Shown in pieces: positions 19,875-29,906 of a stretch of DNA of 64,000 bases. Under the pieces are notes generated by a model. The model had not been told where the DNA came from. It saw only the letters and a list, made by a program, of their open reading frames with translations, and ran no database searches. Made by a program: the position numbers and the translations under genes. The DNA is from Candidatus Latescibacterota bacterium (lineage in GTDB: Bacteria; Latescibacterota; UBA2968; GCA-2709665), in contig CBDDDZ010000005.1 of the NCBI GenBank assembly GCA_965226795.1, forward strand, positions 1,664,001-1,728,000, in the 5' to 3' direction. Every line of letters starts with the position of its first letter. The stretch's first letter is position 1.

Positions 19875-20259
19875 GTAACAACGTCTCTGGCAGAGCCGGT
19901 GTTACCAAAACAAACGTCTCGGAAAGACCCGCATATTACTCACCGGACGTTGTTTGCGTACATCGACGCTTCACCTCCGGGCTGAAACAGAAAAGTCGCC
20001 TGACCTACCGGAGCCGGGCGATTTCGTCAAGAAATACGGCGCGTTTTGCCGATGACGCTTGAATTCCGACGTACCGACCCTGGGCGATGTGTTGTCATCG
20101 CGCCAAAAAGGGTCAAGTTCCCTGGCTTAAATGGACACGACACGCGGATCACGACATGAACCGGGCATCCTCCCTCCGGCAGACGTTATACGCACTCGGA
20201 TAACAACCGGAGTGGAAATTCCATCGACCCACTTGGTGATCCGACGACGCCTTCTACCG

Positions 20260-20736
20260 TTACCGATCCACAGTTTCCTTCTCGTATTCCCTTTCGCCGA
20301 AGAACCGCAGCACTTCCATGAACCGATCGGGCGTATGAAATCCCGGCATCTTGTAAAGCAGTGTTCCGTCCGGCTCCAGGAACAACACCGTGGGAAACGC
20401 ACTTACGTTATAAATTCTTGCCAGATCCGCGTAACTCAGATCGTGACCGATAAACGACAGTCGCGACCCGGTATCTTCGGCATCCAACTTGATGGGTATG
20501 AATTTCGATGCCAGGTACTTGCGGATTTCCTGCCTTGAAAACACCTGACGATCCTGCCTTTCGCACCACCCGCACCATGTGGTATAGACACCAACCATAA
20601 TCAGCTTCTGACCACCCGCCGCCTTCCGGATCCCATCTCTGGCATTGTACCACCTGAATGATTCTTCCTGCTTCGCCGCAGCGAGTCCGGCAAACAGGAA
20701 CACACACCATAGAGTCAATTTGACGACTCGTATCAT
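20260..20736 (-). CDS. Exported thioredoxin-fold protein (SoxW/DUF255-like)
   Basis: Signal peptide, WCGWC active site, cis-Pro motif AFPT. Confidence 0.85.
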   Translation of the reverse strand: MIRVVKLTLWCVFLFAGLAAAKQEESFRWYNARDGIRKAAGGQKLIMVGVYTTWCGWCERQDRQVFSRQEIRKYLASKFIPIKLDAEDTGSRLSFIGHDLSYADLARIYNVSAFPTVLFLEPDGTLLYKMPGFHTPDRFMEVLRFFGEREYEKETVDR

Positions 20737-21114
20737 ACCGAAAACTCCCTCGGGCGGACCACATTGGGCCGTCTATAGTCCCTTTCCGCGAAATCGAGAT
20801 TCAATTCCTTTACATTCATCAATGGCCGTCAAGTTACCCATTTCGTATTCCCCGGGCAACGTCGAATTCTTCCGGTGTTGCCGGCTGGCAAGACTAAAAA
20901 TACGTTGCGTATACCCGACGATGGTCAGATATTCCCATAAAATCGCCGGTCCATCTCACCCCTGGGGCCGCCAAGGTGCAGTTCCAGACTGTGTCGGCCA
21001 CGGGATAGCGAATCCGCCGATTCGTCCGCAAAGGAGTGAACGCGACGCATACCTGAATCCCGACGCGGAAACCCTCACAGATCAGCCAGGCCACAATAAC
21101 CCGAGGTTACGTCC

Positions 21115-22221
21115 ATGAAACAGATCAGGTCCGGCATCTTCATCATGCCGTTCCACCCGCCGGGCAAAACACTCAGCCAATGCCATGATGAAGACATGGA
21201 ACTTGTTATTCGCGCCGACGAATTGGGGATCGACGAATTCTGGATCGGCGAGCATCACACCATGGTCTACGAAAACGTCGCGATGCCCGAGATATTCATC
21301 GGGGCGGCATTGCGCGAAACCAGAGATATTCGGCTGGGTCCCGCGCCGGTGTGTCTGCAGCAACACCACCCGGCACTCGTTGCAACCCGGCTGTCTTTCC
21401 TGGATCACCTGTCCAAAGGGCGGCTCAACCTTTGCTTTGGACCCGGGAGCGTACCGACCGACATGGAGATCCTCGGTGTCGACCCGCAGGACAGCGCAGC
21501 GATGGTCGCCGAGTCCATCGAAATGATTCTGACACTATGGTTGACTGACCCGCCTTACGATATCAAGGGCCGGTTCTGGCAGATCAGGATGGATCGCACC
21601 ATCGACCCGGAGGTCGGCCTCGGAGTAATCCACAAGCCCTTCCAACAACCACATCCGCCTGTCTCGATGCCCATCTCCTCGATGAACTCGGCAACGGCCC
21701 GGGAGGCGGGAAGGCGCGGCTTTCAGCCGTTCGGCCACAGCCTGATTCCATCCAACGTATTGGCGAACATCTGGACGACCTATGAGCAGGCCGCATTGGC
21801 GGCGGGCCACCGGCCCGACCGGTCGGACTACAAGATCGCTCGGGCGATTTTCCTGGCTGACACCACCGAAGAGGCCCTCAGGCGCGCAAAGTCAAACACG
21901 GTCGCAGCCAATTTCGAATACATCGGTACCCTGCTCAAACGCGGTGGCCGTGGCATTGGCATGTTTAAACGCGACCCGGATATGCCCGACGCGGATTGCG
22001 ATTTGGATTACCTGATGGGTGAGCAGATCATCGCGGGAGATGTGGACACGGTGCTCGAACGTCTCGAGACCATACGGGCTGAAGTAGGTGACTTCGGCAC
22101 GCTTGTCATGATGTCTTACGATTGGGACGACAAGGATAGCTGGCTGCGCAGCCTGGAACTCTTCGCCAGAGAATTGATGCCGGCATTGAACCGGGTGCCG
22201 CCCACCGAGCAGGTGGCTTGA
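21115..22221 (+). CDS. LLM-class flavin-dependent oxidoreductase (luciferase-like monooxygenase)
   Basis: MPFHPP, ADELG..EFWIGEHH, LDHLSKGR, QQPHPP, SLELFARELMP. Confidence 0.92.
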   Translation: MKQIRSGIFIMPFHPPGKTLSQCHDEDMELVIRADELGIDEFWIGEHHTMVYENVAMPEIFIGAALRETRDIRLGPAPVCLQQHHPALVATRLSFLDHLSKGRLNLCFGPGSVPTDMEILGVDPQDSAAMVAESIEMILTLWLTDPPYDIKGRFWQIRMDRTIDPEVGLGVIHKPFQQPHPPVSMPISSMNSATAREAGRRGFQPFGHSLIPSNVLANIWTTYEQAALAAGHRPDRSDYKIARAIFLADTTEEALRRAKSNTVAANFEYIGTLLKRGGRGIGMFKRDPDMPDADCDLDYLMGEQIIAGDVDTVLERLETIRAEVGDFGTLVMMSYDWDDKDSWLRSLELFARELMPALNRVPPTEQVA

Positions 22222-22321
22222 TCTCCAACCCTTTTCGGCGGGACGGTTTTTCACCGGTGTCAGGTCTCCAACCCCGGGGCGCGAGCGATGCCTGCACCGT
22301 CCAGACTGCTTGATCTCGTTA

Positions 22322-22355
22322 AAAAAGGCGATGCCGGGAACGGCATCGCCTTTTT
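22322..22355. terminator. Bidirectional intrinsic terminator
   Basis: AAAAAGGCGATGCCG-GGAA-CGGCATCGCCTTTTT between convergent genes. Confidence 0.85.
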
Positions 22356-22392
22356 CTGCGCAGAGCTCGCATTGAAATTTCAGGCCAGCAGT

Positions 22393-22959
22393 TTACTCCA
22401 TTGTTTTCGCCGCGTTAATGGGGAATTCCTTTTCGAACCTCTGCCTGTATTTCTTATCCCACCCGTCGAGAGATTCGCGAAGTGCCGAAACCATCTGTGG
22501 TTCCACCAGAAGCAGATCTTTCATTTTCGTGGGAAACTGCCGACCGCCGGGATAAAAACTCCCGTCAGTAACCAATTCCTGAAGAAAGGGGTAACCTGCG
22601 ACCAACTCACCGGGCGAAGGATCCAGCGGTGTGACGCGGGTGTGTACCTTTAGCCCCATATAGGTCAGGTGGCTGAACCCCATCCGGAACCGGACATGGG
22701 CACCCACCTTGTTCATTCGCACCGTGTGGCCCGCATACAATTCGTTCAAGCGCGCTGCCAGCAGCTGCCAGCCTTGCTGGAATTCGTTCATCGGCATAGC
22801 CTTTTCACCGGAGAACGCCGCTTCACGGTCTTTGGCAAGTCTCTTGGCCATGGAAAGGGATTTGTCATCCAGCTTTTTGGTTTCGGCATCTACGGAAGGT
22901 GCCTGGCACACCGACAGACAGATGAAGAAACCGACCGAAGTGGTGAGAACAAAACGCAC
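22393..22959 (-). CDS. Hypothetical exported protein
   Basis: Long ORF; GTG start after GGGGGAG RBS gives a signal-peptide-like N-terminus; no family recognised. Confidence 0.6.
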   Translation of the reverse strand: MRFVLTTSVGFFICLSVCQAPSVDAETKKLDDKSLSMAKRLAKDREAAFSGEKAMPMNEFQQGWQLLAARLNELYAGHTVRMNKVGAHVRFRMGFSHLTYMGLKVHTRVTPLDPSPGELVAGYPFLQELVTDGSFYPGGRQFPTKMKDLLLVEPQMVSALRESLDGWDKKYRQRFEKEFPINAAKTME

Positions 22960-23189
22960 TATCGTCTCCCCCCTTTTTAAGTAAACGAACGCGCGATATC
23001 CCTTTCCTGGAAAGGGCATACCAATTCATTCGGCAACAAGTAATGTGCTACGATTTCGGATATTGAATAGACAGACGAGATTAAAAAATTCTGTACGATT
23101 ACGCAAGCTTTTTCTCGCACACCCTCAGAAAAACCCGCGCCCCCTACGCTTCGGGGTCCGCGGGCGGTGGCATCGGACTTGAACTTTGT

Positions 23190-23363
23190 TCAGGCCGGAG
23201 GCGGCGTTTCTATGTCGAGGAGAGATTTATTGGACGCGCCACGGCGGCCCCCACAGGAGGCGCAACCGCCTGATCCCGCCAGGAAGGGACTGACAAACAT
23301 CCAGACAGCCCAGATACCACAGGCGAAAGCGACAACGGCTGCCACCACCGACTGCCAGTCCAT
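23190..23363 (-). CDS. FeoB-associated Cys-rich small membrane protein
   Basis: MDWQSVVAAVV TM helix plus GGCASCGG immediately after the feoB stop. Confidence 0.8.
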   Translation of the reverse strand: MDWQSVVAAVVAFACGIWAVWMFVSPFLAGSGGCASCGGRRGASNKSLLDIETPPPA

Positions 23364-23364
23364 T

Positions 23365-25599
23365 CTAACCGCCCCATCCCAGAGCCATGGTGCCCTGATA
23401 AGTAGCAAGTGCACCGACATAGGCCAATATAGTCATATAGCCAAACGTCAGAATCGCCCATCTCCAGGACTGCGTCTCCCGGCGGATGACGGCCAACGTC
23501 GATACGCACTGAGCACACAGCGCGAAAAAGACCATCACGGAGAGCGCCACGGGGATATTGAACACGGGGCTTCCATCCTCCCGGGTTGCATTTCGGAGCG
23601 CGCTTCGGAGGTCTTCCGAGGATTCGTCCGCATCGCCTCCAATGCTGTAAATTGTACCAAGCGTGGCGACAATTACCTCACGTGCGGGAAATGATGCGAG
23701 CGCGGCCATCCCGATGCGCCAATCCCAGCCCAGGGGCCTGACCGCAGGTTCTATCCAATGCCCGGCCCGGCCCAGATAACTTTCGTTCAGGAGTTCTGTG
23801 GCCATGCGCGCGTCCAGACCTGCAAACGCCGCCTGCAAGTCTTCGCCCGAGAGCGCCGCCGCAGCCGTCTGCCGACGGCGTTCGTATTCCGCAACCGTAT
23901 CTGCCGACCTGGGAAAATAGGCCAGCGCCCACATCACTATGGTTGCAGCAAGAATGATACTTCCTGCGCGCACAAGGAAAGCCCGGGAACTTTGATAGAC
24001 CGTCAGGCCGACCGTCCGTTTGTCCGGGACCTTGTACGAAGGGAATTCCAGAATGAAAGCCGGTGTTTCCCCTCTCAACAGAGTCTTCTTTAATAACCAC
24101 GCCACGGGAACGGCCACCGCCGCGCCCACGCAATACATCGCAAAAAGCGTCAGCCCCTGCAGACCAACCCATTCGCCCAGAATCGGTTTCGCGGGGATTA
24201 AAGCACCAATCAGGATGGTGTAAACCGGTAAGCGTGCAGAACAACTCATCAGCGGCGCCACCAGGATGGTTACCAGCCGATTCCGGCGATCTTGGATAGT
24301 TCGAGTTGCCATAATTCCCGGTACGGCGCACGCAAAGCTGGACAACATCGGGATAAAGGACTGGCCGGACAGACCGCACTTTGTCAGAAGCCTGTCCATC
24401 AACAGGGCCGCCCGGGCCATATAACCACAATCTTCCAGAATGGCGATAAAGAAAAAGAGGACTGCGATCTGAGGAAGAAAAATTACGACACTCCCGACGC
24501 CCGCAATGACGCCGTCTTGAACCAGGCTCTTCAGCGCCCCGTCTGGAAACCACGTACCCACCCACCCGGACAACGCGGAAAAAAGACCGTCGACCAGGTC
24601 CATCAGTGGACCGGCCCACGCATAGATGGCCTGGAATACCGCGCCCATTATAGCGACGAAGAAGAGCGTGCCCCATATCCTGTGCGTCAGCACCCGGTCA
24701 ATGCGGTCCGAAGGCGTCTTCTGGAGGCGCTCTGGCTGCGATACGCTTTCCGCGAGCACCTGCTTGATCCAGTTGTAGCGAACCTCCGATTCCAGAGCGG
24801 ATAACCCTGAAACCGCCGAAAACCGGCCCCGGGCCTCCACGAGTTTTACACGTAAATTCTCCCCGTGTGCCTCAATCAATCGGCGCTCCGCGTAACCGCC
24901 TTCGTCGACGATCGCCCGGAATGCCTCCGCGCGACACGCGGAGGAACTCTGACCATTGTACGACCGTAACAACGCCGCGATTACATCGACGGCCGCAGGA
25001 AATCCCTTTGGAAATTCAGGCAGAAGCGAAGCAGCCTTACGCCTCTCGCTGCGCAGCACCCCTCCCAATTCCCGGCGCAGGTCTCCCAACCCTCGTTTTC
25101 GATTCGCGCGAACCCTAACAACCGGTGCCCCCAGGCACCGGGAGAGCACGTCGACGTTTATTTGAATGCCACGGGTGTCCGCCACATCCGTCATATTCAG
25201 CGCGATTACCGTCGGAAGGCCAAATTCGAGCACCTGTGAGACCAGGTAAAGATTCCGGTAGAGATTGGAGGCGTCTACGATCGCCAGGACCGCGTCTACC
25301 TTACGTACGCCAAGCAGCCGTCCCAGCATTACGTCGGCGACGATCATCTCATCGGGAGCATTTGCGGCCAAGCTGTAGGTCCCCGGAAGATCGATGAGGT
25401 CCACCGATATTCCGTCGGACAGACTCAGCCGCCCAACCTTTCGCTCAACCGTGACACCGGGATAATTTCCGACATGTTGAAAAAGACCGGTAAGACCATT
25501 GAATAGCGTGGTCTTACCGGTATTGGGATTGCCCAGGAGGGCGATGGTATTCGGTTGTTTTACTCCGGTGTACGGTTCCCGGGACAACTCCGTGGCCAT
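23365..25599 (-). CDS. feoB: Ferrous iron transport protein B (full length)
   Basis: GNPNTGKT, NYPGVT, DLPG, NMTD, LEDCGYMAR, CSARLP, CAQCVST. Confidence 0.96.
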   Translation of the reverse strand: MATELSREPYTGVKQPNTIALLGNPNTGKTTLFNGLTGLFQHVGNYPGVTVERKVGRLSLSDGISVDLIDLPGTYSLAANAPDEMIVADVMLGRLLGVRKVDAVLAIVDASNLYRNLYLVSQVLEFGLPTVIALNMTDVADTRGIQINVDVLSRCLGAPVVRVRANRKRGLGDLRRELGGVLRSERRKAASLLPEFPKGFPAAVDVIAALLRSYNGQSSSACRAEAFRAIVDEGGYAERRLIEAHGENLRVKLVEARGRFSAVSGLSALESEVRYNWIKQVLAESVSQPERLQKTPSDRIDRVLTHRIWGTLFFVAIMGAVFQAIYAWAGPLMDLVDGLFSALSGWVGTWFPDGALKSLVQDGVIAGVGSVVIFLPQIAVLFFFIAILEDCGYMARAALLMDRLLTKCGLSGQSFIPMLSSFACAVPGIMATRTIQDRRNRLVTILVAPLMSCSARLPVYTILIGALIPAKPILGEWVGLQGLTLFAMYCVGAAVAVPVAWLLKKTLLRGETPAFILEFPSYKVPDKRTVGLTVYQSSRAFLVRAGSIILAATIVMWALAYFPRSADTVAEYERRRQTAAAALSGEDLQAAFAGLDARMATELLNESYLGRAGHWIEPAVRPLGWDWRIGMAALASFPAREVIVATLGTIYSIGGDADESSEDLRSALRNATREDGSPVFNIPVALSVMVFFALCAQCVSTLAVIRRETQSWRWAILTFGYMTILAYVGALATYQGTMALGWGG

Positions 25600-25602
25600 G
25601 CC

Positions 25603-25914
25603 TCAAACCTCAATAGAGATCGGACTGAGCCTCACGGCAGCCGCATCCCGCATCCGCAAACAGAACCGGGCGTCTTCCACCTGCACGACCAACCTAGCGC
25701 CGCCACGAAGCATCCGAACCCTTACTCCCGGACAAACACCCAGTTCCCGCAACCGCGAGGCCAGAGGCGAATTCCCCTCAACCGATTCGACCGTGCCTTC
25801 GTCGCCTTCATTCAGGCCGGCAAGGGAGCCCCGATATAAACTCTGCAACCGGGTTTTACGGCCGGGCCGCCACCAGATATGGCGACCTGCCAGGTGCACC
25901 AGACGCGCCACCAT
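25603..25914 (-). CDS. feoA: Ferrous iron transport protein A
   Basis: RLRELGVCPG FeoA motif directly upstream of feoB; start uncertain. Confidence 0.85.
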   Translation of the reverse strand: MVARLVHLAGRHIWWRPGRKTRLQSLYRGSLAGLNEGDEGTVESVEGNSPLASRLRELGVCPGVRVRMLRGGARLVVQVEDARFCLRMRDAAAVRLSPISIEV

Positions 25915-25944
25915 TGCATTGTCCCTTTTCGTCGAAGTTTTGGA

Positions 25945-26475
25945 TCAGCTCTCCGGTCCGGCCCGCAGGAGACACTCGTCTTCGCAGATCGGACAATCGG
26001 CCAGGTCGTGACAAAAATCGCTGGTTTGCCAGAACGCGTTCAGAAACTCACGGGCCTCCGGCGTATCCGCGAGCAGAAATCTGACAAAATTCAGCAATTT
26101 CTCGCTTGTTTCCTGGCTCAGCAGGTGTTCCACCTTGCACGCGTCGATTTCCGACTGATGGCCTTCTACGTGCAGCACGTCCTTCAGAAACTTGCGAACG
26201 ATGGCGCGTTTGGCAAGTACCAGATCGACCAATCGCTCCCCTCTGTCTGAAAGTCGCACGAATTTGTTATGATCTTCCAGAACGAACTGCTTCTGTCGGA
26301 GCGCCTTTAATGTCAAGGACGCGCTGCCCCGCGTAATGTCCAGAAATCGTGCAACATCCGAGACACGCGCGTATCCATGCTGGTCCTTAAGCTCTCTGAT
26401 TGCGGCAAGGTGATGAGCGACGCTATGCGTGATCTCATTCTCCTCGAACGCTTTCCATACATCGGAAGATGCCAC
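25945..26475 (-). CDS. DtxR/MntR-family regulator with Cys-rich C-terminus
   Basis: GYARVSDVA wHTH, DACKVEHLLS; tail CHDLADCPICEDEC; GGGAGG RBS. Confidence 0.88.
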   Translation of the reverse strand: MASSDVWKAFEENEITHSVAHHLAAIRELKDQHGYARVSDVARFLDITRGSASLTLKALRQKQFVLEDHNKFVRLSDRGERLVDLVLAKRAIVRKFLKDVLHVEGHQSEIDACKVEHLLSQETSEKLLNFVRFLLADTPEAREFLNAFWQTSDFCHDLADCPICEDECLLRAGPES

Positions 26476-26515
26476 CTGGCCTCCCTTACGCCGTCAGGCG
26501 CCTGAACCAGTCAAA

Positions 26516-26572
26516 TGTTTTACAAACAAAACAACCGTTAGAAACTTAAACAATATACGGGCATCATGTCAA
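26516..26572 (-). promoter_or_regulatory. Probable promoter and operator of the dtxR-feoAB operon
   Basis: Minus strand TTGACA (26572-26567)-N18-TAAGTT; palindrome TGTTTT-N6-AAAACA at 26516-26533. Confidence 0.55.
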
Positions 26573-26611
26573 GCGAAATTTGCCGAAAACCGCGGGGCCG
26601 TGGGGACGCGC

Positions 26612-26640
26612 TTGACTTTTCCGCCCCATTTTCGTATACC
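26612..26640 (+). promoter_or_regulatory. Possible sigma-70 promoter of uxaA-like gene
   Basis: TTGACT-N17-TATACC. Confidence 0.45.
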
Positions 26641-26696
26641 TCACGGACCTGTCCCGCCACCACACCGCCCGGAAACGCTCCTCAAGGAGCCCGTCA

Positions 26697-29399
26697 ATGT
26701 CGGAAATTCTCGAATTCGAGGACGTTGCCAGACTGCCACAACCAGATGACAACGTCGCCATCGCCACACGGGATCTGGACGCGGGCGCCAGTATCCGCAC
26801 CAGAGGTTCGGTACTTCGCCTGGATGCCGCCATGCTCGAGGGCCATCGCTTCGCCGTGGTCCACATCCCCGAGGGTGAGTTCCTTCTTTCCTGGAACCTC
26901 CCTTTCGGCGTCGCACGGAGGGACATTGCGCCGGGCGCCTATGTCTGTAACGCCGGCATGCTGGAAGCGCTCCGCCTCCGTAACCTGGAATTCCAACTGC
27001 CGGCCGAACCTAATTTTGAAGACCGTATCGAACCGTACCGTCTGAAGGAGGATTCATTCGATCCTGGCGAGCAGGTTGCTCCGGCTGCCGTTATCCGCAC
27101 GTTTGAGGGGTACGTCCGAGGCGCCTCGCGGGGAGTAGGCACCCGAAACTATGTTCTGATTATGGGCACGACCTCACGCACGGGAAGTTTCGTAAAACGG
27201 CTGGAGGAACGATTAGGCGGGCTTGCCGATGCCTATCCCAATGTCGACGGGATTGTAGCCGTTACGCACACCGAAGGAGGCGGGCGGACGACCCCGAACA
27301 ACCTGGACCTTCTGTTGAGAACGCTTGCCGGCTTTATGGTGCATCCAAACGTGGGCGCCGCCCTTGCCGTCGACTATGGTACGGAGCCGCTCACCAATGC
27401 CATGCTCAGCGCCTACATGGCGAAAAACCAGGTTGCCCTGTCGGACGTCCCGCACCGCCTTTTCACCCTCCAGGGGGGCTTTGAAGAGAATCTCGATCGG
27501 GCCCAGGACATCGTCACCGGATGGATGCGGAATGTGAACCGGACAGCCAGAAGGCCGACTTCCATCTCAAGCCTGAAGATTGCGCTTCAATGCGGCGGAT
27601 CGGATGCCTTCTCGGGCGTATCTGGAAACCCGCTGGCTTCGTGGGTCGCCCGTGAGATCATCCGGCACGGAGGCGCGGCAAACCTGGCGGAAACGGACGA
27701 ACTGATCGGAGCGGAACCCTACGTACTGCGGAACGTCAAGGACCTGAACACTGCCCGTCGTTTTCTGGACCGCGTGGAAGCCTACAAGAACCTCGCTGCG
27801 TGCCATGGCACGACTGCAGAAGGCAACCCCTCCGGGGGCAACAAGTTCCGAGGCATCTACAACATCGTACTCAAATCCATCGGCGCCGCCATGAAGCGCC
27901 ATCCGGAGATTCGCCTTGACGGCGTTCTGGACTACTCCGAACCCATGCGCGACCCCGGATTTCACTTCATGGATAGTCCGGGAAACGACCTTGAAAGCAT
28001 TGCCGGACAGGTTGCTTCCGGGTGCAACCTTATCTTTTTTGTGACCGGAAACGGATCCATCACGAATTTTCCGTTCGTCCCCACGCTGAAGATCATTACA
28101 ACCACCAACCGCTATGAACTCCTCGCCAACGAAATGGACGTCAACGCGGGCGCCTACCTTGACGGCACGCCAATTGACACGTTGGGGATGCAAATGACGG
28201 ATCTCACACTCGAAGTGGCCTCGGGAAAACGGAGCAAAGGCGAACGTGCGGGCCACAACCAGGTATCCATATGGCGAAACTGGCGTCAGACCGACACTGC
28301 CAACCTTGAACATCTCCGGTCGCTCCCGCAGCCACCGGGAAAACCGATATCCATCGGGCTGGAACACGTTGCATTGGCAGGCACATTCCGTGGCATCGTC
28401 ACCGAAGCCGGGATCGCGACGGATCAGGTGGGATTGATCCTGCCGACCAGCCTTTGCGCCGGACAGGTCGCGAAAATGGCCGCAGACCGGCTTGAGCAAA
28501 AGAAGATTGGAAAGAACCGTGGCATCTCCCGGTACGTCGCACTGGTTCATACGGAGGGCTGCGGCGTCGCGGGCGATGCGACCGAAAGGATGTATTCACG
28601 AACCATGCTCGGCTATCTCACCCATCCCATGGTAAAACACGCGCTGCTGCTCGAACACGGCTGCGAAAAGACCCACAACGACTATCTCAGACACGAACTT
28701 GAACGCGATGGCATCGACCCCGCTCGCTTTGGCTGGTCGAGTATCCAACTCGACGGCGGACTGGAACGCGCGCTGAGCAACGTGGAATCCTGGTTCGCCG
28801 GACAAGTTGAAAAAGATCGCCCGTCCGTTTATGTACAATCCAACATTACGGCACTCTCTATCGGCATCCTGACAGAAGGCGAGGTTAACGAAACAGCCTC
28901 GGAATCGTTGGCAATCCTCGTACGACGGCTGGTGCGGGCAGGCGCAAAGGTTGTGACGCCAGACAACTCGGCGCTACTCGACTCGGTTCCGTTTTCGGAG
29001 ACGGTTCTGCAGAACGCATCCCCAGGCCCGTCGCTGGGGTACGGACAGATCGCCGAGCGTCCGGGGTTCTACATCATGGAAACGCAGACGGACCACTGGG
29101 TTGAAACCCTTACCGGCCTAGGCGGAACGGGTGCGGAAATCCTGATCGCCCACGTGGCCGAACACCCCATGCAGGGACATCCGATGTTGCCTTTGCTTCA
29201 GGCCAGCGTCGAGCCGGCGATGCACGCGGTTTACGCGAGTGACCTGGACCTTCTGTTAACCCACACACCGGGGAAGAACGCCGATCGGATCGTCGACCTT
29301 CTGTTTGACACAGCCTCGCGAAACTATACCGCCGTTGCAATGAGGCAGAAAAATACGGATTTTCAATTTACCCGAGGACTGCTCGGCGTCTCGATGTGA
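26697..29399 (+). CDS. UxaA/GarD-family (altronate/galactarate-type) dehydratase, extended 900-aa form
   Basis: SAF domain (DNVAIA...GHRFA), VGTRNY, HTEG, CGGSDAFSG..NP, GNPSGGN, TGNG; second degenerate UxaA-like domain. Confidence 0.88.
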   Translation: MSEILEFEDVARLPQPDDNVAIATRDLDAGASIRTRGSVLRLDAAMLEGHRFAVVHIPEGEFLLSWNLPFGVARRDIAPGAYVCNAGMLEALRLRNLEFQLPAEPNFEDRIEPYRLKEDSFDPGEQVAPAAVIRTFEGYVRGASRGVGTRNYVLIMGTTSRTGSFVKRLEERLGGLADAYPNVDGIVAVTHTEGGGRTTPNNLDLLLRTLAGFMVHPNVGAALAVDYGTEPLTNAMLSAYMAKNQVALSDVPHRLFTLQGGFEENLDRAQDIVTGWMRNVNRTARRPTSISSLKIALQCGGSDAFSGVSGNPLASWVAREIIRHGGAANLAETDELIGAEPYVLRNVKDLNTARRFLDRVEAYKNLAACHGTTAEGNPSGGNKFRGIYNIVLKSIGAAMKRHPEIRLDGVLDYSEPMRDPGFHFMDSPGNDLESIAGQVASGCNLIFFVTGNGSITNFPFVPTLKIITTTNRYELLANEMDVNAGAYLDGTPIDTLGMQMTDLTLEVASGKRSKGERAGHNQVSIWRNWRQTDTANLEHLRSLPQPPGKPISIGLEHVALAGTFRGIVTEAGIATDQVGLILPTSLCAGQVAKMAADRLEQKKIGKNRGISRYVALVHTEGCGVAGDATERMYSRTMLGYLTHPMVKHALLLEHGCEKTHNDYLRHELERDGIDPARFGWSSIQLDGGLERALSNVESWFAGQVEKDRPSVYVQSNITALSIGILTEGEVNETASESLAILVRRLVRAGAKVVTPDNSALLDSVPFSETVLQNASPGPSLGYGQIAERPGFYIMETQTDHWVETLTGLGGTGAEILIAHVAEHPMQGHPMLPLLQASVEPAMHAVYASDLDLLLTHTPGKNADRIVDLLFDTASRNYTAVAMRQKNTDFQFTRGLLGVSM

Positions 29400-29409
29400 C
29401 CACAGAAAA

Positions 29410-29450
29410 GAGAAACGGGCGGTGTGTTCTGCAAGGGTCGCCCGTTTCTC
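29410..29450. terminator. Hairpin between convergent genes, probable terminator
   Basis: GAGAAACGGGCG...CGCCCGTTTCTC 12-bp stem. Confidence 0.55.
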
Positions 29451-29478
29451 GCGTCTTCATCTTTGTCTTTACGTCGGC

Positions 29479-29769
29479 CTATTCTCTTTTGTCAATCCAG
29501 TCCTGGAGCGCCGCCGCGATCTTTCTACCCTGATCCAGACTCGAAATATTGAATTTGCTGCGCGGTACGTACACGCCGTCTCTCTTCTGATACCGGCGAA
29601 TCGTAACTTTCGCTGGCCCGTATTCACCGGATTGCCGAATCAGATCCTGATACAGGAACATCACCGTCGCCCACGCCCCTCGCGAAAGCACTTGTTTATT
29701 AAGCTCTCTGCACAACAGAACACCGCCTTCTTCATAGTTGACGCTCAATTCGTCCACCGATTCCGACAT
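29479..29769 (-). CDS. Small conserved-looking hypothetical protein
   Basis: Strong AAGGAGG RBS; protein-like composition (LSRGAWATVMF...SKFNISS). Confidence 0.8.
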   Translation of the reverse strand: MSESVDELSVNYEEGGVLLCRELNKQVLSRGAWATVMFLYQDLIRQSGEYGPAKVTIRRYQKRDGVYVPRSKFNISSLDQGRKIAAALQDWIDKRE

Positions 29770-29906
29770 CGACTAGCCTCCTTTCGGGCTGTAACCGTTC
29801 AGCGATCGGCGTCGGGCCTCTTCCACCCCATCCCCGCCGGTTGCGGGGTTGTGCGGTCTGTCCGTGAATCGCTGACAGCCTTTTTCCAGGTATAGGACAC
29901 AGGCTC

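Noticed and set aside
19877..19954. yybP-ykoY Mn2+ riboswitch ahead of the Feo-like operon
   Set aside because: It lacks the GGGGAGTAG core and lies upstream of the predicted promoter, so it would not be in the leader.
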